The notes under the pieces were generated by a model, which was not told the origin of the DNA, did not search any database, and saw nothing but the letters and a program-made list of their open reading frames with translations. DNA of 64,000 nucleotides from Rhynchobatus australiae (taxonomy: Eukaryota): positions 13,160,098-13,224,097 of the forward strand of contig JAUZTB010000080.1 in the NCBI GenBank assembly GCA_034780895.1. The letters are read 5' to 3'. A program made the translations under genes and the position numbers. The first letter of the stretch is position 1; every line of letters begins with the position of its first letter. Below are positions 24,831-39,292 of the stretch, piece after piece.

Positions 24831-27001
24831 CTTATCAAAGTGCTGCACTCCTACTGTATCCAGTTTTGGCCAATGCAAAGAGGCGGCAGCTGCTCAAAGA
24901 AGATTCCTTTCAATGATGGCAAGGCAAAGACTGAAGCAGTCACCATTTTCAACTAGAAGTATCAAGTTGGTATTCAATCTCAGCCTACTCCCCGAGATCC
25001 CCACCAAGGAAGCCAGCCTTCAGTCAATTCAACTTACTGCAAGAATTGGCCAAGTCTACTGATTGCAGCAAAAACTGGGAATGTACAAGTATCCTGGCTG
25101 CAGTACTGAACATGTGCTCCAGAGCAAACTATGTTTCTATATCAAGTCACTACAACAGCACCGAAGACAAAATCAATTCTAGTTATTTATACCTAATCAA
25201 TCTGCTCTCAAAGTAATGGAAGGTGTCACTGAAAGTGCCATCAAGTGGCACTTACTCACCAATAATCTGCTCAGTGATGCCTAGTTTGGACTTGGCCAAG
25301 CTCTAGACCCGAACACAGCCTTGGTTTCAACAAGAACCAGAAAGCTAAATTCTAGAGATGAAATGAGAGCGACTGCCCTCGACGTCAAGGCAGAACTTGA
25401 CCAAGTGTGGCATCAAGGCACCCTGCTAGACCCGTTATGCAACTGTGCTGCCCTATTGTGTGCCTTGATTCTTGTTCTCATAATCCTCCATGGTCCTGCT
25501 GCTCCCTCTCTCCAACTTTCTCAAGCTCAGAAAGAAAGGTGTACGAATTTAATTGCTCTACCACTGGCAACCTTACCTTCAACTGCTCAGCTCTAGAATT
25601 CGCTCCAGCCTTTAACTCCTTTGTTCTTTTCTTGCTCTAAAAGCCCCCAGTATCCTAAGTAGGAATGTACTACAGCTAGCTACATTAATAGTACTATTCA
25701 CTGTTGCAGTTGTGCCTTCTAAAAGCTTTAAGATTTTAAATACCTCTGCCCTATAAAACTGCAGCAACAAAAAAAATGGCTTGACCTTTCTTCAGTTTCC
25801 CAAGTTCATTACATTCAGAAATAAGGAACAAAGCATGCATGAGGGAAAAGCAGAGCTTCTCAGCCTTGCTACTGAACACCCACATACAAAGGCTTAGCCT
25901 TCACTTATGAAAGTGAATGCAATCTTTGCCTGTCTGATAACATGCTGTTCTTTCTGCTTGAAGATCCCTGACAAATACAACTGCACCTTTGGAATTAAGA
26001 GATCTCAACTTCCATGGACAGGCAAGGAAAATCACAGATGTCCCTTTGCCCAATTTATCTTCTACCCCTCCTCCATCACATACACCACGTAAACAAAAAT
26101 GTTTATGCCAGTCCTAGCTTCAATAAGCAACTCTGCAAGATGAGAGTCTATGATACAAAAGGACAACAGACATGAAAAATTCTTTCAAAAGCTGCCCTTT
26201 TTTGAAAAAAGTCAGGGCATTCACCCAAGGAAAATGATCAGATAAATTCCTGAGGATTCACATAGGTCCACACTGCTTCAAGTCACAGGGGTAGATTTTA
26301 CTTACAAAATTTGTATTAAGTATATTGATCTACTAACTGCAATTATTTGTCGATAAAATCTTGCTTTTGAGAGGCACTCATCTTTCAGTAAACTTCATTT
26401 GGCCCCATGCCCTGCCCAGTGTCTATCAATGACCCAAGTTTCACTTCACATGTGTAAATGATTTGATAAAAAGTAGTGCTATTCTCAGTGAAACTGCCCC
26501 CATCCTGTCTGGATGATCCCATGATAACCATATTTACTTCACAGAAAATACCTCCTCATCCAACGTGCAATACAGGAAAACATGGCAAGAGCAGAGGAAC
26601 TTTGCAAAAAATTACAGAAGTTAGTTCAAAGCTGTCAAACCTCAGATTTTGTTTGTAGACTGATATCATCTGGCTTTGCCTTCCTTCCAAAATGTCATCA
26701 TCACAACATAAATGAAACTTCAATTAACTCATTAATTACCTGTGACATACAGCTAAATTTTTTCCTCAGTATTTACTATATAACATTTCCCTTGGGATGC
26801 CACCAAGTGATGGAGGAACTAATCAAATGATACACCTTTGTTCCTGCTGTTTGACATTACTGAGCCATGTTTCCCCTGTTAGTAAATAGGTGTAATACAT
26901 TATCAGTGTCCTGTTTACAAGAATTTTAGTTTTGAAGAATGCAGGAAAGAGGGGCTGTATTGTATCAGTATTGTGATCACAGATCATTGGGAGAAACCAT
27001 A

Positions 27002-27350
27002 GGGCAGCATGGTAGCACAGCCAGTAGAGCTGATACCTCAGAACCCCAGCAACCCAGGTTCAGTCCTGACCTTGGGTGCTGCCTCTACGCATGGAGTAGA
27101 GTTTTCAAGTTTTCCCTGGTGTCTACATGGGTTTCCTCCGGGTGCTCCTGTTTCCTCCCATATCTGAAGGACATGTGATTTTGTAGGTTAATTAGCTGCT
27201 CTAAATTGTTCCTAATGTGTAACTGAGGGGTAGAATCTGGTGGGAATTGACAGCAACATGGGGAAAATAAAAAAAAGAATTAATGTNNNNNNNNNNAATT
27301 AATGTAGGGTTAGTGTAAATGGGTGCTTGACAGTCAGCATGGACTCAGTA
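27002..27350 (+). mobile_element. V-SINE (tRNA-derived, HE1-like)
   Basis: Head gggcagcatggtagcacag with a B-box-like ggttcagtcc, then V-domain gggtttcctccgggtgctcc. Confidence 0.85.
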
Positions 27351-27784
27351 CCCTGACGGACAATCAGTTTGCACAAAAACCAGAGGCTGTGCTACAGCCA
27401 GGAAGCTCCTAAAACGAAGTGCAACACACCATTTCACCAGTTCTCTTCATAAATTATTTGGAGGGAGCCGAAATGACAAAAGCACACATCCATCATTTTC
27501 CGATTATATATTTGCTGTCTAGAGTTTGAAACACTTGTCTCATATCATTCATCCATATATAAATACTAAAACACAGATTTTTAGATACATTTTCCTCAAA
27601 GCATGCAGGAAAGTTCCTTTCTGGAACTTCACATGGCAGCTATGTAACTGGACTTTGGTTCCTTGCATGTTCCTTCAGGATTGAGCAGCTGGTCTTTATC
27701 ACTCCAGTCTACATTCAAATACCAATGCATTTCTGCCCATGGATTTCCAATACATTAATGACAGTTCTCTAAGGCAGGTCTCAG

Positions 27785-28000
27785 AATCAGATTTATTATC
27801 ACTGACAATGTGAAATTTGGTGTATAGTGCAAAGACAAAAATCTATAAATTACAAAAATAGTGCAAACAAAAAGGAATAATGAGATAGTGTTCATGGGTA
27901 CATGGACCGTTCAGAAATCTGATGGTGGAGGGGAAGAAGCTGGTCCTGAATCATTGAGTTTGGGTCTTCAAGCTCCTGTACCTTCTCCCCAATGGCAGGG
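27785..28000 (-). mobile_element. Rex1-type LINE 3' end
   Basis: Reverse of the tail at 29640-29845 and 59560-59766 (aatcagatttattatcactg, gttcagaaatctgatgg). Confidence 0.75.
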
Positions 28001-28964
28001 AAGCATGCTAAAGCAGGAATAATCAAAGAATGTTTTAACATTTGAGAGAAATATTTAAAAATATGATGAGAATGACAGGGAAACTACACACTATAACCAC
28101 AGAAAGGACGTTTCAAAAGTAGTCCTTCTGAGTTCCAGTGTACAGTACTGGTCCAAGCTTGGATGGAGAATGGAGGAGAGAGGACAGCATAGAGGTAAAC
28201 ACTAGCTCACTTGTAATCAATTGAGACATTTGGAGGTGGTGGTGGAGGCAGAGATTTTCATAACATTCAGGTAGTATCTGAACAAGCATTAAACTGGCAA
28301 GGCATAGACAGCTATTGACCAATTGCTGGAAAATGGGATTAGTATTGATGGGCACTTGTTAGTCAGCACACACAGTGGTCCAGAGGGCCCATTGCTGTGC
28401 TGTACAACTCAATCATTTAGTATCTCCAAGACAGTTTTGTTTGTGACATACAAATTACACCTTTTCCACTCATGAGCCCATCATCTTTTGCTTTAATTTC
28501 CATTAAGTACAGCCATCCTCCTCCATTTTCCATGGCAAGAATAACCCCTTACACCTCTAATTTTCATCACATCAGTGGGTTTGCCTTCACTCAAGGCTTG
28601 GAATTCCCTTCCTAAACCCCTCCTACCTCTTTCTTCCTTTTACATGCTACCTTCATAACAATGCACCAGTCTTCTTCCCAGTTAGTCCTTGTGGTTGGGT
28701 ATCAAATTTTGTCTGAGAACACCCTTGAGAATTGATTTAGCTATATTAAAGATGCTATATTAATGCAAACTCATTGCGTAGAATAGAAATTTCAAGGACT
28801 GCATGGCCATAAATAAGAAACACTTCTGAAGCAAGATACCATGCAAAACGATGATTAAAAATGAGCTGTAGTCTAACAATCTGAGGTTTGACATTATGGC
28901 TGTGAGACACCAAATATAATCGAGTCCCACCATAAACAAATATCTATGATTCTTCATGGGATTT

Positions 28965-29845
28965 GCTGGCAGCTCCATCACAGGCATAACCCTCCCCACC
29001 ATTGTTTGTCATCTATATCAATGATTTGGATAAGAATGTACAAGGCATGATTAGTAAGTTTGCAGATGACACTAAAATAGGTGGTATCATGGACAATGAA
29101 GGTGGTTCATGCCACACCTTGCACTTGTGTGAATATAAACACCATTTGAATTTCTTGGCCCACTTACTCAGCTGATCGAGATCCCCCTGTAATNNNNNNN
29201 NNNNNNNNNNNNNNNNNNNNNNNNNNNNNNNNNNNNNNNNNNNNNNNNNNNNNNNNNNNNNNNNNNNNNNNNNNNNNNNNNNNNNNNNNNNNNCCACCTA
29301 TTTTAGTAAGTTCGCAAATGACACTAGAATCTGTGGTACAATGGGCAATGGTTATCAAAAATTACAGAGGGATCTTGATCAGCTGATTAAGTGGGCCAAG
29401 GAATGTTAAGTGGTGTTTAATTCTAGTAAGTGTGAGGTGTTGCATGAACCACCTCCATTGTCCACTATACCATCTATTTTAGTGTCATCTGCAAACTTAC
29501 TAATAATGCCTTGTAACTCCTTATCCAAATCATTGGTATTGATGACAAACTACACTGGGCCTCGAGTAGGTGGTATCCATCACTGAGGACCTCAACATCT
29601 GGGATATGCCCTCTTTTGTCAGTACCATCAGGGAGGAGATACAGCAGCCTGAAGACCCACAAATCGACAATTCAAACAGCTTCTTCCACTCCATCATCAG
29701 ATTTCTGAACAGTTCATGAACACTACCTCAATATTCTTTTCTTTGCACCGTTTTCGTAATTTATAATTTTATGTCTTTGCACTGTACTGCTGCCACAAAA
29801 CAAATTTCAAGTCATCTAAGGCAGTGATAATAAACCTGATTCTGA
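28965..29845 (+). mobile_element. Rex1-type LINE 3' fragment interrupted by a CR1-derived fold-back (29004-29550)
   Basis: cagctccatcacaggcataaccctccccacc before the palindrome and catccatcactgaggacc after it are collinear with the copy at 59440-59766. Confidence 0.7.
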
Positions 29846-32800
29846 TATGACATCACTTCTGACAAAGGATAACACATTAAAATGTGGGTGATACTATTCT
29901 TAAAGGGCCAACAGCTCAGATTCTTTATAAATTTAGGAACTCAAGGCAGAATACCAAAACACATTGAATAAAGGATGGGCAGAGGAGTTAAAACAGATTA
30001 AGGGAGGAAAAAAAACGAAGGACAGGAGTTCTGTGAACCTGAACTACAGAAGAAAAATAAAGAGCTGCAGTTTCAATTTCATTACAATGGAGCTGTAGGG
30101 AAGAGAAAAAATACATAGGATGATGCATTTAAAATCTGGAAGGAAGAATATACTGCAGCTTTACATTCCAAGTTACTATACAGGAACCTAATCAAAACAG
30201 AACATCTGAGTCACCACTGCACAGTACAACTGATCAAAAACTCAAATGGACCAGCCACTTAAATACTGTGATTTCAAGAGCAGGACAGAAGCTGGGTATC
30301 TGACAGTACCCGACTTACCTATTGATACTCCAAAATCTTTGCCACATCTATAAAGGCACAAATTAGGAGCATGGGGGAAACTCCACACATCTGGATGAGT
30401 GGAGCTCCAACAACCTCAACACCATCTAGGATAAGGCAGCCCACTTGACTGGAGCCCTATATTCCTTATAAGATGTATTGCAGTTGCACATACATTAGAA
30501 TGATGTGCAACCCCTCCAAATTGCACATCATCCTGACTTAGGAACATATTGGCATTCATTCAGGGTTGCTGGATCTAAATCCTGGAACTCCTTCAGGATG
30601 GGAGGCAATTCAATGTGGCAACTCGCCACCACCTTCTCATGAATTGATTCAACATAGGCAATATATGATGGTATCACTGAACCTCCCCCCCACTAAAAAC
30701 ATGAATAACTTAAAAAGATCAGGACAAATCATCAACACATTAGTCACAGATGTTGATTTTGATTAACATCATAAATGACAGATGAGAGGGAAGGTAGTTG
30801 GAGGGAAAAAGTTTAGGGAAGGAACCTAGAACAGCTGAAGACTTAACTACTAATGGATACATAGAGAGAAAGCAGGGAGTATAAACAAAAAGGAACACGA
30901 TGAAAGAGAAGGATCACCCACCAAAGTGCCTTCCAACACACCCTGTCCAAAAATGCAGAATGCCAGAAGACCCTCTGCTAATGTGGGAGTGGTATTTAGG
31001 TCACGGACAGTGATCAAATGATCAAGAAAGGTTTGGACTCAAAAAGTTCAAACTTAATTAGATTGCAACTTCGAAAACACCCAAGTTATAATTTTTTTTC
31101 TTTGATAGCACATGGAGACTTCCAACATTGCTGGATGATGCAGACAGTAAGTAACCCCCATGAAGCTAATGCAGAACCACCAAGACTGAAGTAATAAAAG
31201 CAGAATGATTAGCTGTTTATCAACAAGTTTCAATTCCAAAAAATTTACATAGGGCAGCCAGTGCGTAGAATTAATACAAAGCACTTAAAATAAAGAAGTG
31301 TTTGGCGCTTTGAGACAGCTCATTTCCCTTTTCAAACAAACATACTGAAGTGAAATTCTATGAAAGAAACTGTTTGCTGGTAGCATTGTTGAATAAAATG
31401 GAGCTTTAATGTGTAATTAGGGGCAGATTATCTTGAATGAGGAAGAAAAAAATGAAAGGAAATGCTGGTAGAGTTAGAGTGGGAGGAAGCTCACATGGAG
31501 CATAAACACCAGCAAGTGGAATTGATCTGAACAGTCTGTGCTGTATGCTCTACATCATTCTATGTGAAACAAACAGATGATGGATATGGGTCCATTTTCT
31601 TTGACTTTGTCCTCAAAAGGTGCCTGGCAGAATTACTATTCCAACATACCGACCATACAAATAGAATGGCTTGCACTTTAGTGCCTTTGATGTCCCCACA
31701 CCAACTTCACTGCCAATTAACCAATCACACAAACAAACACATTTGGATACAAAAACTGCAGTAATTTGTACCGTCTTTGTCAGGTTTTGCAGTCTATACA
31801 TGTAATATGTTGAGCTAGTTTAATTTAGTTGTTCCAGTGAAAGATTGAATGCAGGCCAGGAGTAAACCATGCTTTTCAATAAGGTGTCTTTGGGAATTTT
31901 TCTCCCCAAGCTGAATAAGCATGTTGCACTTTGGCTTAATCTGATACCATGGCATATCTCAAGTGTTGCATTAGTCTGAATTATTTACTTGAAGTCTTAT
32001 AATGGGGCTCAAACCAGTAATTTTCTGATTGAGATACAAACACACTGCTTGCAAGCTGTTAAAGCTTCCTTGGCAATAAATAATTCTAGACTTACAAACT
32101 TCATTAGTCAATGAATTGCTATCCATTTCAAACTTGCTTGGTGTTGCAACTCAAAGAGAAAATTAAACATCCTACTGGACAATGTCTGCAGTTCATTTTT
32201 TAAACTCAGCTAATGAAAAGAACTCCATGCAGGAAACAAATGCTTCACAAGCAACAAGTGGAGATGATAATAAAGAAATCTTTGAAAGAGCGCTCCTATT
32301 TAATAAGGATAGGCCAAGATGGTTTTCCACTTGGTCTATATTTACCAACCAATGTGTAAAGTCTCCATTAGCATTTAGAGGTCAGTACTCTATATTCTTT
32401 GGCGTGTAAACAAATGAGATGGTGGTTTGCTTTTGGCTCAAGTTTGCTGAGAGTTCTGTACTAAAAACAAAGTACTGGACTTAGCGTAAACGGCACAGTG
32501 CAAGTGTCATAGATGAACCAACCGTTGCACTGTTCAGGCTGTAAAAGTGAAGCTCTTAAATACAAAGGACACTTCCTGCTCACAAGATGCAAGTCTGGGT
32601 CAATAGTTTCATACTTTCTTACAAAAATACCATTTTAAAAGTCAGATTCTAATAAACACTCCGGAGACATCCAAATGCTCACAGAAAGGGTTTCAATTTC
32701 CTCAATAATACACATCATCTCAATAACCACATCAAAGCTTTTCAATAATTACCAATATATCCTGCTCAAATTTACCTGCAATTAGTATGAAAGCAGCTCA

Positions 32801-35800
32801 AAAAACAAACCCAAATTTTATCCTCTTTCTAAAGTAGGTAGAGGATTTGCCTCTTAGCTGACAATGTCTTTATAGAGAAAAGTCAACAGAAAACAATGAA
32901 GGGTGCACAAATAATTTGCAATGTGGATTGGGACACATTTAAATTTCAGAGCCAGGTAATTGCATTGGCTTGCCAAATAAAAAAAATCAAACCTGGAAGC
33001 TTCTGGTCATTGTATTTAATAGGGAAAGTGCTGGGGCTAACAGACAGGGTCCAGGGAGTTAATGCTATTTTTTACGTTACCTAAATGTTTACACCCAAAC
33101 TCAGACAGCACATATTTCCATTCCACACCCCATTTCTGGGTGAGAGGATCAGTCAGCTTCAGTTGTGATGACTATCGACCGCTTTCAATCTCTGAAACTG
33201 TACTCAATAGGAAGTGGTTTGACACTCCATCNNNNNNNNNNNNNNNNNNCCCATGCAGTCAACAGGAGAGACCTTCAGCTAGACTAGAAGCATGCCCAGG
33301 ACAAAAAGTTAAATTACTGCACTAATTAGTCCTCTGGAAAGAAAATGGTTTCAGTTGTTAAAAATATTTGCTGTTCACTTTCAATAAAGTTAATATAAGA
33401 ACCAAGGGTACACGGTATGGTTGCTACTTCAGTTCAGCACTCTAGGAGGTGCTGTCTTTCAAGCAATGAAGCTGAATCAAAGCCAACAGGTGGATGTAAA
33501 TGATCCCACACCACCATTCAAAATAGTTCTGGAAACACTGTACCTTGGCCAAGATTCCTCCCTCAACCACCAACACATTACCAAGTTCCTTCCTTCTGCA
33601 TGACCTTGATGCATGCATATTAGCCAACACTTTGTCTAAATAACAAGTCAATACACTATACTGGTTTAATGGATATGCAGTGCCCTGGAAGAGCTCAAAG
33701 AATACATATTCCTTTATAAACTAGCATGAAAGAAAAAAAAATCACAAAAGGAGCAAGCACAGTTGAAGAGGTCTAATAAGGGCAAGTTACTGATACCTTG
33801 CTACATCTACCTTTCTCACTACATTGTCAAAAGTACTTATACATCAGTCCATAGCTCAGTGGGGAGAATGGTTCATGGCCATGCTCTCTATTTACATTAC
33901 TAAGGCACTCCCTTACAACAACTGCAGAAATGGTATTGAATCTATCATTCTGCCCTGAAGTGCATAGTTATCCACACAAAATGCAAAAGGATAAATTTCT
34001 TTTTGAAATGCAAGCAGACCAACTACACACAAGAACTAGGAAGCAGTAACTTCATAAGTGTCTCCCTCAGCCTGTCAGAATGCACACAAAAGGATACATT
34101 TCAAAAATGGATGCAGAAATATTATCACTAATTTAAAAGGATACAAATGTATATACACCACATAACATAAAATCATCTCACAAATGGGCAGAGTACAAAC
34201 TACAGGGATTAATGAGATGAAAAAGCTGTCCATAGGCAAGGTCTAACCAATAGGTTTTTAAATAGCTTTTGATGGCAGATTGCAAGGCATAGTGCCTCTG
34301 AAAAATGGTCTAATGACTCAAACATCAGGAGGCAGATGGTGAACAAAAATAAACTTCACTGCTTTAATGTATCACCTTTCTAGAGGACTTTCTTCTCTAC
34401 ATTTGTATTTATCAGAAGAGTTTTCAATCAGGACCTCTTTGAAAATTCTAGGTGAAAGTTTGTGTAATGATTTACTCAATCCAATGACAGTTTTTATTGA
34501 CATGCTCCACTTTGATAAGTTCCTCATTCAGAAACCAAACCCTTCAAATCAGAGTTAATCAGACAGAAGAAAACAGCCTCTCGGCCCAAATATAACTTCA
34601 TGTCATCCATGCAGGTCATTGGACAACTTCTCTCATCAATACAATCTATTTATAAAGCTCGTGTATAGACTTACCAGCTGCAGAGCACTGAGCTATAATT
34701 ACATTTTCACAGCTATTTTAATTTATCGTGGCATCAGTAAAACTAATAATAAGAATGAAGTAAACATCAATATAAAATCATAAATCCTACAGTAGGGAAA
34801 GTTGCTTGGTCTATTGGACACGTTAAGTTTCGTGAAAGCATTATCCAATTATGTCCACTCCCTCGCTCTCTTAAAATTTGCCCTGTAAATAGTTTCTGTT
34901 CAAGTATCTCTCTAATACCCATTTAATTGTTACTACTTAATCTGCTTCTACCACAGTTACAGTGCATTCCTGATCATGACTGTGGCATCTAATATAATAA
35001 AGCAATCATGAAACATGGGTTCAGCAAACAATGCGAATAGCAAATAGCACATTGAGCTTTTTTGCAAGGGGCTTGGAGTTCAAATGGAAGGAAACTTGGG
35101 CAACTATGCAGAGCTCTGTGAGACTCTACCTAGAGAAATGTGCGCAGTTTAGGGCTCATTATCCAGGAAGAATATTCATACCTAGAAGGTAATTAATTTC
35201 CGAAGGGTTGTCCTCTGAAGAGAGGTTATGATTGCCCAATACTCAATGAAGCTTGAAAGAGTGAAAAGGTGATCTTTTAGACACAAGATTACAAGAGGGA
35301 CTGAGAGGAGATGCTGAAAATCCACAATCTTTTGCTTGAGTCTACATCAACATTACGGAAGTGCCCTCATCCACCCTCAAAAGAAAAACACAACAAATCC
35401 CTGATAGCTCTCCTTTACCAGTTTATGTTTGCTCAGTTTCCTTCCCCATAACTAGGATTAAACTAACTGACCCATGATTGCCAGTTTAACCTTCTTCATT
35501 GTGTGGAACAGGTGCATATTTGCCACCATCCTGTACCCCAGAAGTATTGAAGTTTGCAGGTTCACTATCAAAATTAACACTTCCACTTTCCTCTGCCACC
35601 TCAGAATCATCTCAACCTGGAGGGGTGACTCATCTACCTGAATCTTTTTCATACCTCTATTTCCTACCTGGATTTTACAGTTTACAGACAACCCTCTCAT
35701 TTACTGCAGCTTTGGCAAAGTCTTTTTCTTTGGTACACACTGATACAATGACTTTACTTGATACTTTAACTAACAAAGCGCCATCTTGGTTCCTCATCAG

Positions 35801-36689
35801 TCCCACTGCTCCTCTGACATTTTTATTGCTACAACACAAAGGATCACTTCTCATGTAAAACTTCAGAGAATCCTGCCTGTTCTTGTATTGTCTCTTTGCC
35901 CTTTCCTTTTTCAGTTCCATGTGCATATTTTCAATCCACATTCCTCTTCCATTATCATGGTGACATCTGTCATACAAAACTTTCTATACCAACCAACTCA
36001 TCTCTGCTGGTTATGGATGGAACACCAGCTTTGGGTTGCCTTCCCTTTCCCCCTTGTGGGTACATCCCTAAACTGCAACCAATTATTTCTGCCTCTCAAT
36101 CTCCAAGCCCTCATGAATTAGTTTAGCTCTATTACAACACCATCTTTAACCATCCTCTGAGGTTATTCATTTCTCCCAACTCTGGGACCAATTCGGTGGC
36201 AGAAAACTTGGTCAAGCTGGACAGCTCAAAGTATTGGAAACCCACCTTCCCATGTCTATCCATGCATCAACTTGACACTTCTTCCCATCTTTCACATCTC
36301 ATCACCAAGGGGTATTGCAAGTCATCCAGAGATCATTCAGGGTTGTCCTTTAACTCCTTAAGCTGATCGCTGAACCTCAATGCTCTTCCTCCCAATATCA
36401 TTAATTCTGACACTGGACACCAGCCTTGCTTTTCCCCTTCCTCTGCAAAATGTTCTGTATTCTGTTGTGACATGCCATATTCCCATACTTGTTAATGAAA
36501 GAGTTAGGTCAGCTCAGAGCTGATTAGGTGCCTTGTTGGAGCACCAATCTGGCTCCAGTCCATATTAGTTAACAATAAAAAAAATAAGAGCAAATCTGTT
36601 CTAAATCCAGGATATTCAGAATATTCCAATAATAGAGTCAATGTGGTTGAGTTTTAAATGCGCACCAAAATGACCTAGCAACCCTTTAA

Positions 36690-39292
36690 TATGTACAATC
36701 ACTGCTAGGCTAAAAGAATAAAACCAGACGGGGCACTAGCATTGATCGAGACACCAAATTTGGACACAGTGGAACTCCTCCCAGCCTGATTCACCTTGGA
36801 AAGTCCTCCTCTCAAGCATGTGGGGACTAGTGACTAAATTGGGAGAGCTGCCCCACAGACTAATCCAGCAACAGCCTGACTAGTCCTCAAATAATCATAC
36901 CTTACCAACATGATAGATTCCACCTCAATATGGGCACATTATTCCCCACTGACGAGACTGACCCACCAAAGGCACAGTAAATGTCAGAAGCTAGGAGCTT
37001 TGGAAGTCCTCAAGACTGATTCTAGACCCTAAAGTCTCATAGTATCAGGTCAAACATAGTCAAAGAAATCTCTTCCTGATTACCACCTATCGTCCTCCCT
37101 CGGCTCAAATCAGGACTGCTCCACGTTGAACCAAAAGTTAGAAGATGCACCAAAGGGAACAGAATGCACTCTGGGGATTTCTATGTCAAACCACTTGGTG
37201 GTTTCAGCAGATATGGTCCTGAAGGATCTGCCAAATTCAATATGCAGCAGAAAATATGTGAACCGATACGAAGAATAAACCTACTTGTCCTCAAACTACA
37301 GTGCCAGATACATGTCTAGGATGGTATTAGTTGCACTACTGCACAGTCCTTATGCAGTCAGAGTTCCTTCCTTAAACCCAGATACCCTCTATTGTGTTGT
37401 GATGCTACAAACATGCTAAATGGGACAGTCTCAGAACAGATCCGACAGCTCATAGATAAAACAAACGTGGACCATTGGCAATCAGCAACAATGTATACTG
37501 ACACGATCTGCAACCTCTGCTCTTACTCTCAAGNNNNNNNNNNNNNNNNNNNNNNNNNNNNNNNNNNNNNNNNNNNNNNNNNNNNNNNNNNNNNNNNNNN
37601 NNNNNNNNNNNNNNNNNNNNNNNNNNNNNNNNNAAGCTAGGGGTCATCCGGGTCCAATAACTGCATGCCAGCAACAGCACAAGGCGTGTCTTAAAGATGA
37701 GATGATAATGCATGTGCTAAGCAGCAAACATAGCAAGCAATGGATAGTTGAGTTATTGTGTAACCAACAGATCAGGGAAAATTTCTGCAGTCATAAATGG
37801 CAGTGGACAATTAATCCAGCTCCAAGGACATCCCCATGCTTAGCAACAGAGGAGCCCAGTATTCGCAAACACGTTCACACAGAAATGCTGAGCAGATGAT
37901 CCATCTCAGCTTCCTCCCAAGACCTACATTGTCACAGAAGCAGGTCTTCAGCCGATTCAATTTATTCCATATGATAGCAAGAGACTGCTAAAAGCATGGG
38001 TTATGGGATGAAAGCAAGAGATATGGGAACAGGAATATTCAAGCTGTAGTACTGAAAAGTTGTGCACCAGAATTACCCACACCTAGTCAAACTATTCTGG
38101 TGCAGTTACAACACTGGCATTGACCTGACAACGTGGCAGGTTGCCCAGCTATATCCTGTTCACGAGCAGGAAAAGTCCAAACTGGTCAATTAACCACCCT
38201 CAATCAGCAGCAAAATGATGTGAAATGTCATCAAAAGTGCTATCAAGCAGCACTTACTCACTAGTAATCTGCTTGTGAACCATTTGGTTCCAGAGCTCAT
38301 CACCTTTGCCCAAATATGGACCAAAATGCTGAATTCCGGAGTCTTTGGCATCAAGGCAGCATTTGACTGAACGTCTTATAAAGGAGGCCTATGAAGAATG
38401 AAGTCAATGGGCATCACTGGAGAAACATTCCAATAACTGGTACCTTATATAAAAGGAAGATTGTTGTGGTTGTTGGAGAGCAAATCATCCCAGCCCTGGG
38501 ACACTGTTGCTCATGTTCTTCGAGGGCATTGTCTTTGGCTCAATGTTCAGCTACTTCATCAATGGCCTTTTTCTCCCCCAACACAAGGTCAGAAATGGGG
38601 ATGTTGACCAATGGATTGTCCAACTCCTTGACAACTGAATCTGCAAGATCTGGACATCAGCCAAACATTGACCAATTTGTGGCATGTAACATTTTACCAC
38701 AAAAAATGCCAGGCAATGACCATTTAAACAAGAAAAACAAATCGATCTGCTACATAAATATTGTGACTATAAGAGTAGATTAGAGGCCAGGTACCCTGTA
38801 ACAATCACTCACCTCATTTTCAATAAAGCAGTCAGGAGTGTGTGGGAAAACCCTCCACTTGAATGATTGCCATTCCAACAACTTCCAAGGTGCTCACACC
38901 TTCCAGAACAAAACTGCCCACTTGGCTCCACTTGCACCTGAAACATTCATACCCTCTACCACTGCTGCAATTTGGCTGCATCATCATCAAAATACACCAC
39001 AGTTACCTGCACGATCTACTGCAACAACATTTCCCAAGCCCATGACCTCCACGACCAAGAAGGACCAGGTGTAAGGAAACATATTCCCCTCCAAGTCAGC
39101 CCAATTTGGAAATATATATCCACAATTCCTTCACCGGTGCTGGAACCAAATCCTGGAACTGCCTCCCCAACCACATTGTGAAGTTCCTTCACTAGAAGGA
39201 CTACAGCAGTTCAAGTTGCAACTCTCCCACCTTCAAGGTAATAAATGGTGACCTTAGCAGTGACACCCAGATCCTGAAAAACAAATAAAAGT
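36690..39292 (+). mobile_element. Degenerate non-LTR LINE of the CR1/L2 group (endonuclease + RT + tail)
   Basis: ggcatcaaggcagcatttgac (RT DxKxAFD region) and gtactgaaaagttgtgcaccagaa. Related fragments at about 8290-9050 (-), 25060-25430 (+), 30270-30710 (+) and 40100-41090 (-). Confidence 0.7.

Noticed and set aside
34668-34720. Consensus minus-strand donor CTG|gtaagt
   Set aside because: No in-frame ATG before an upstream stop in phase 1, and no other support.
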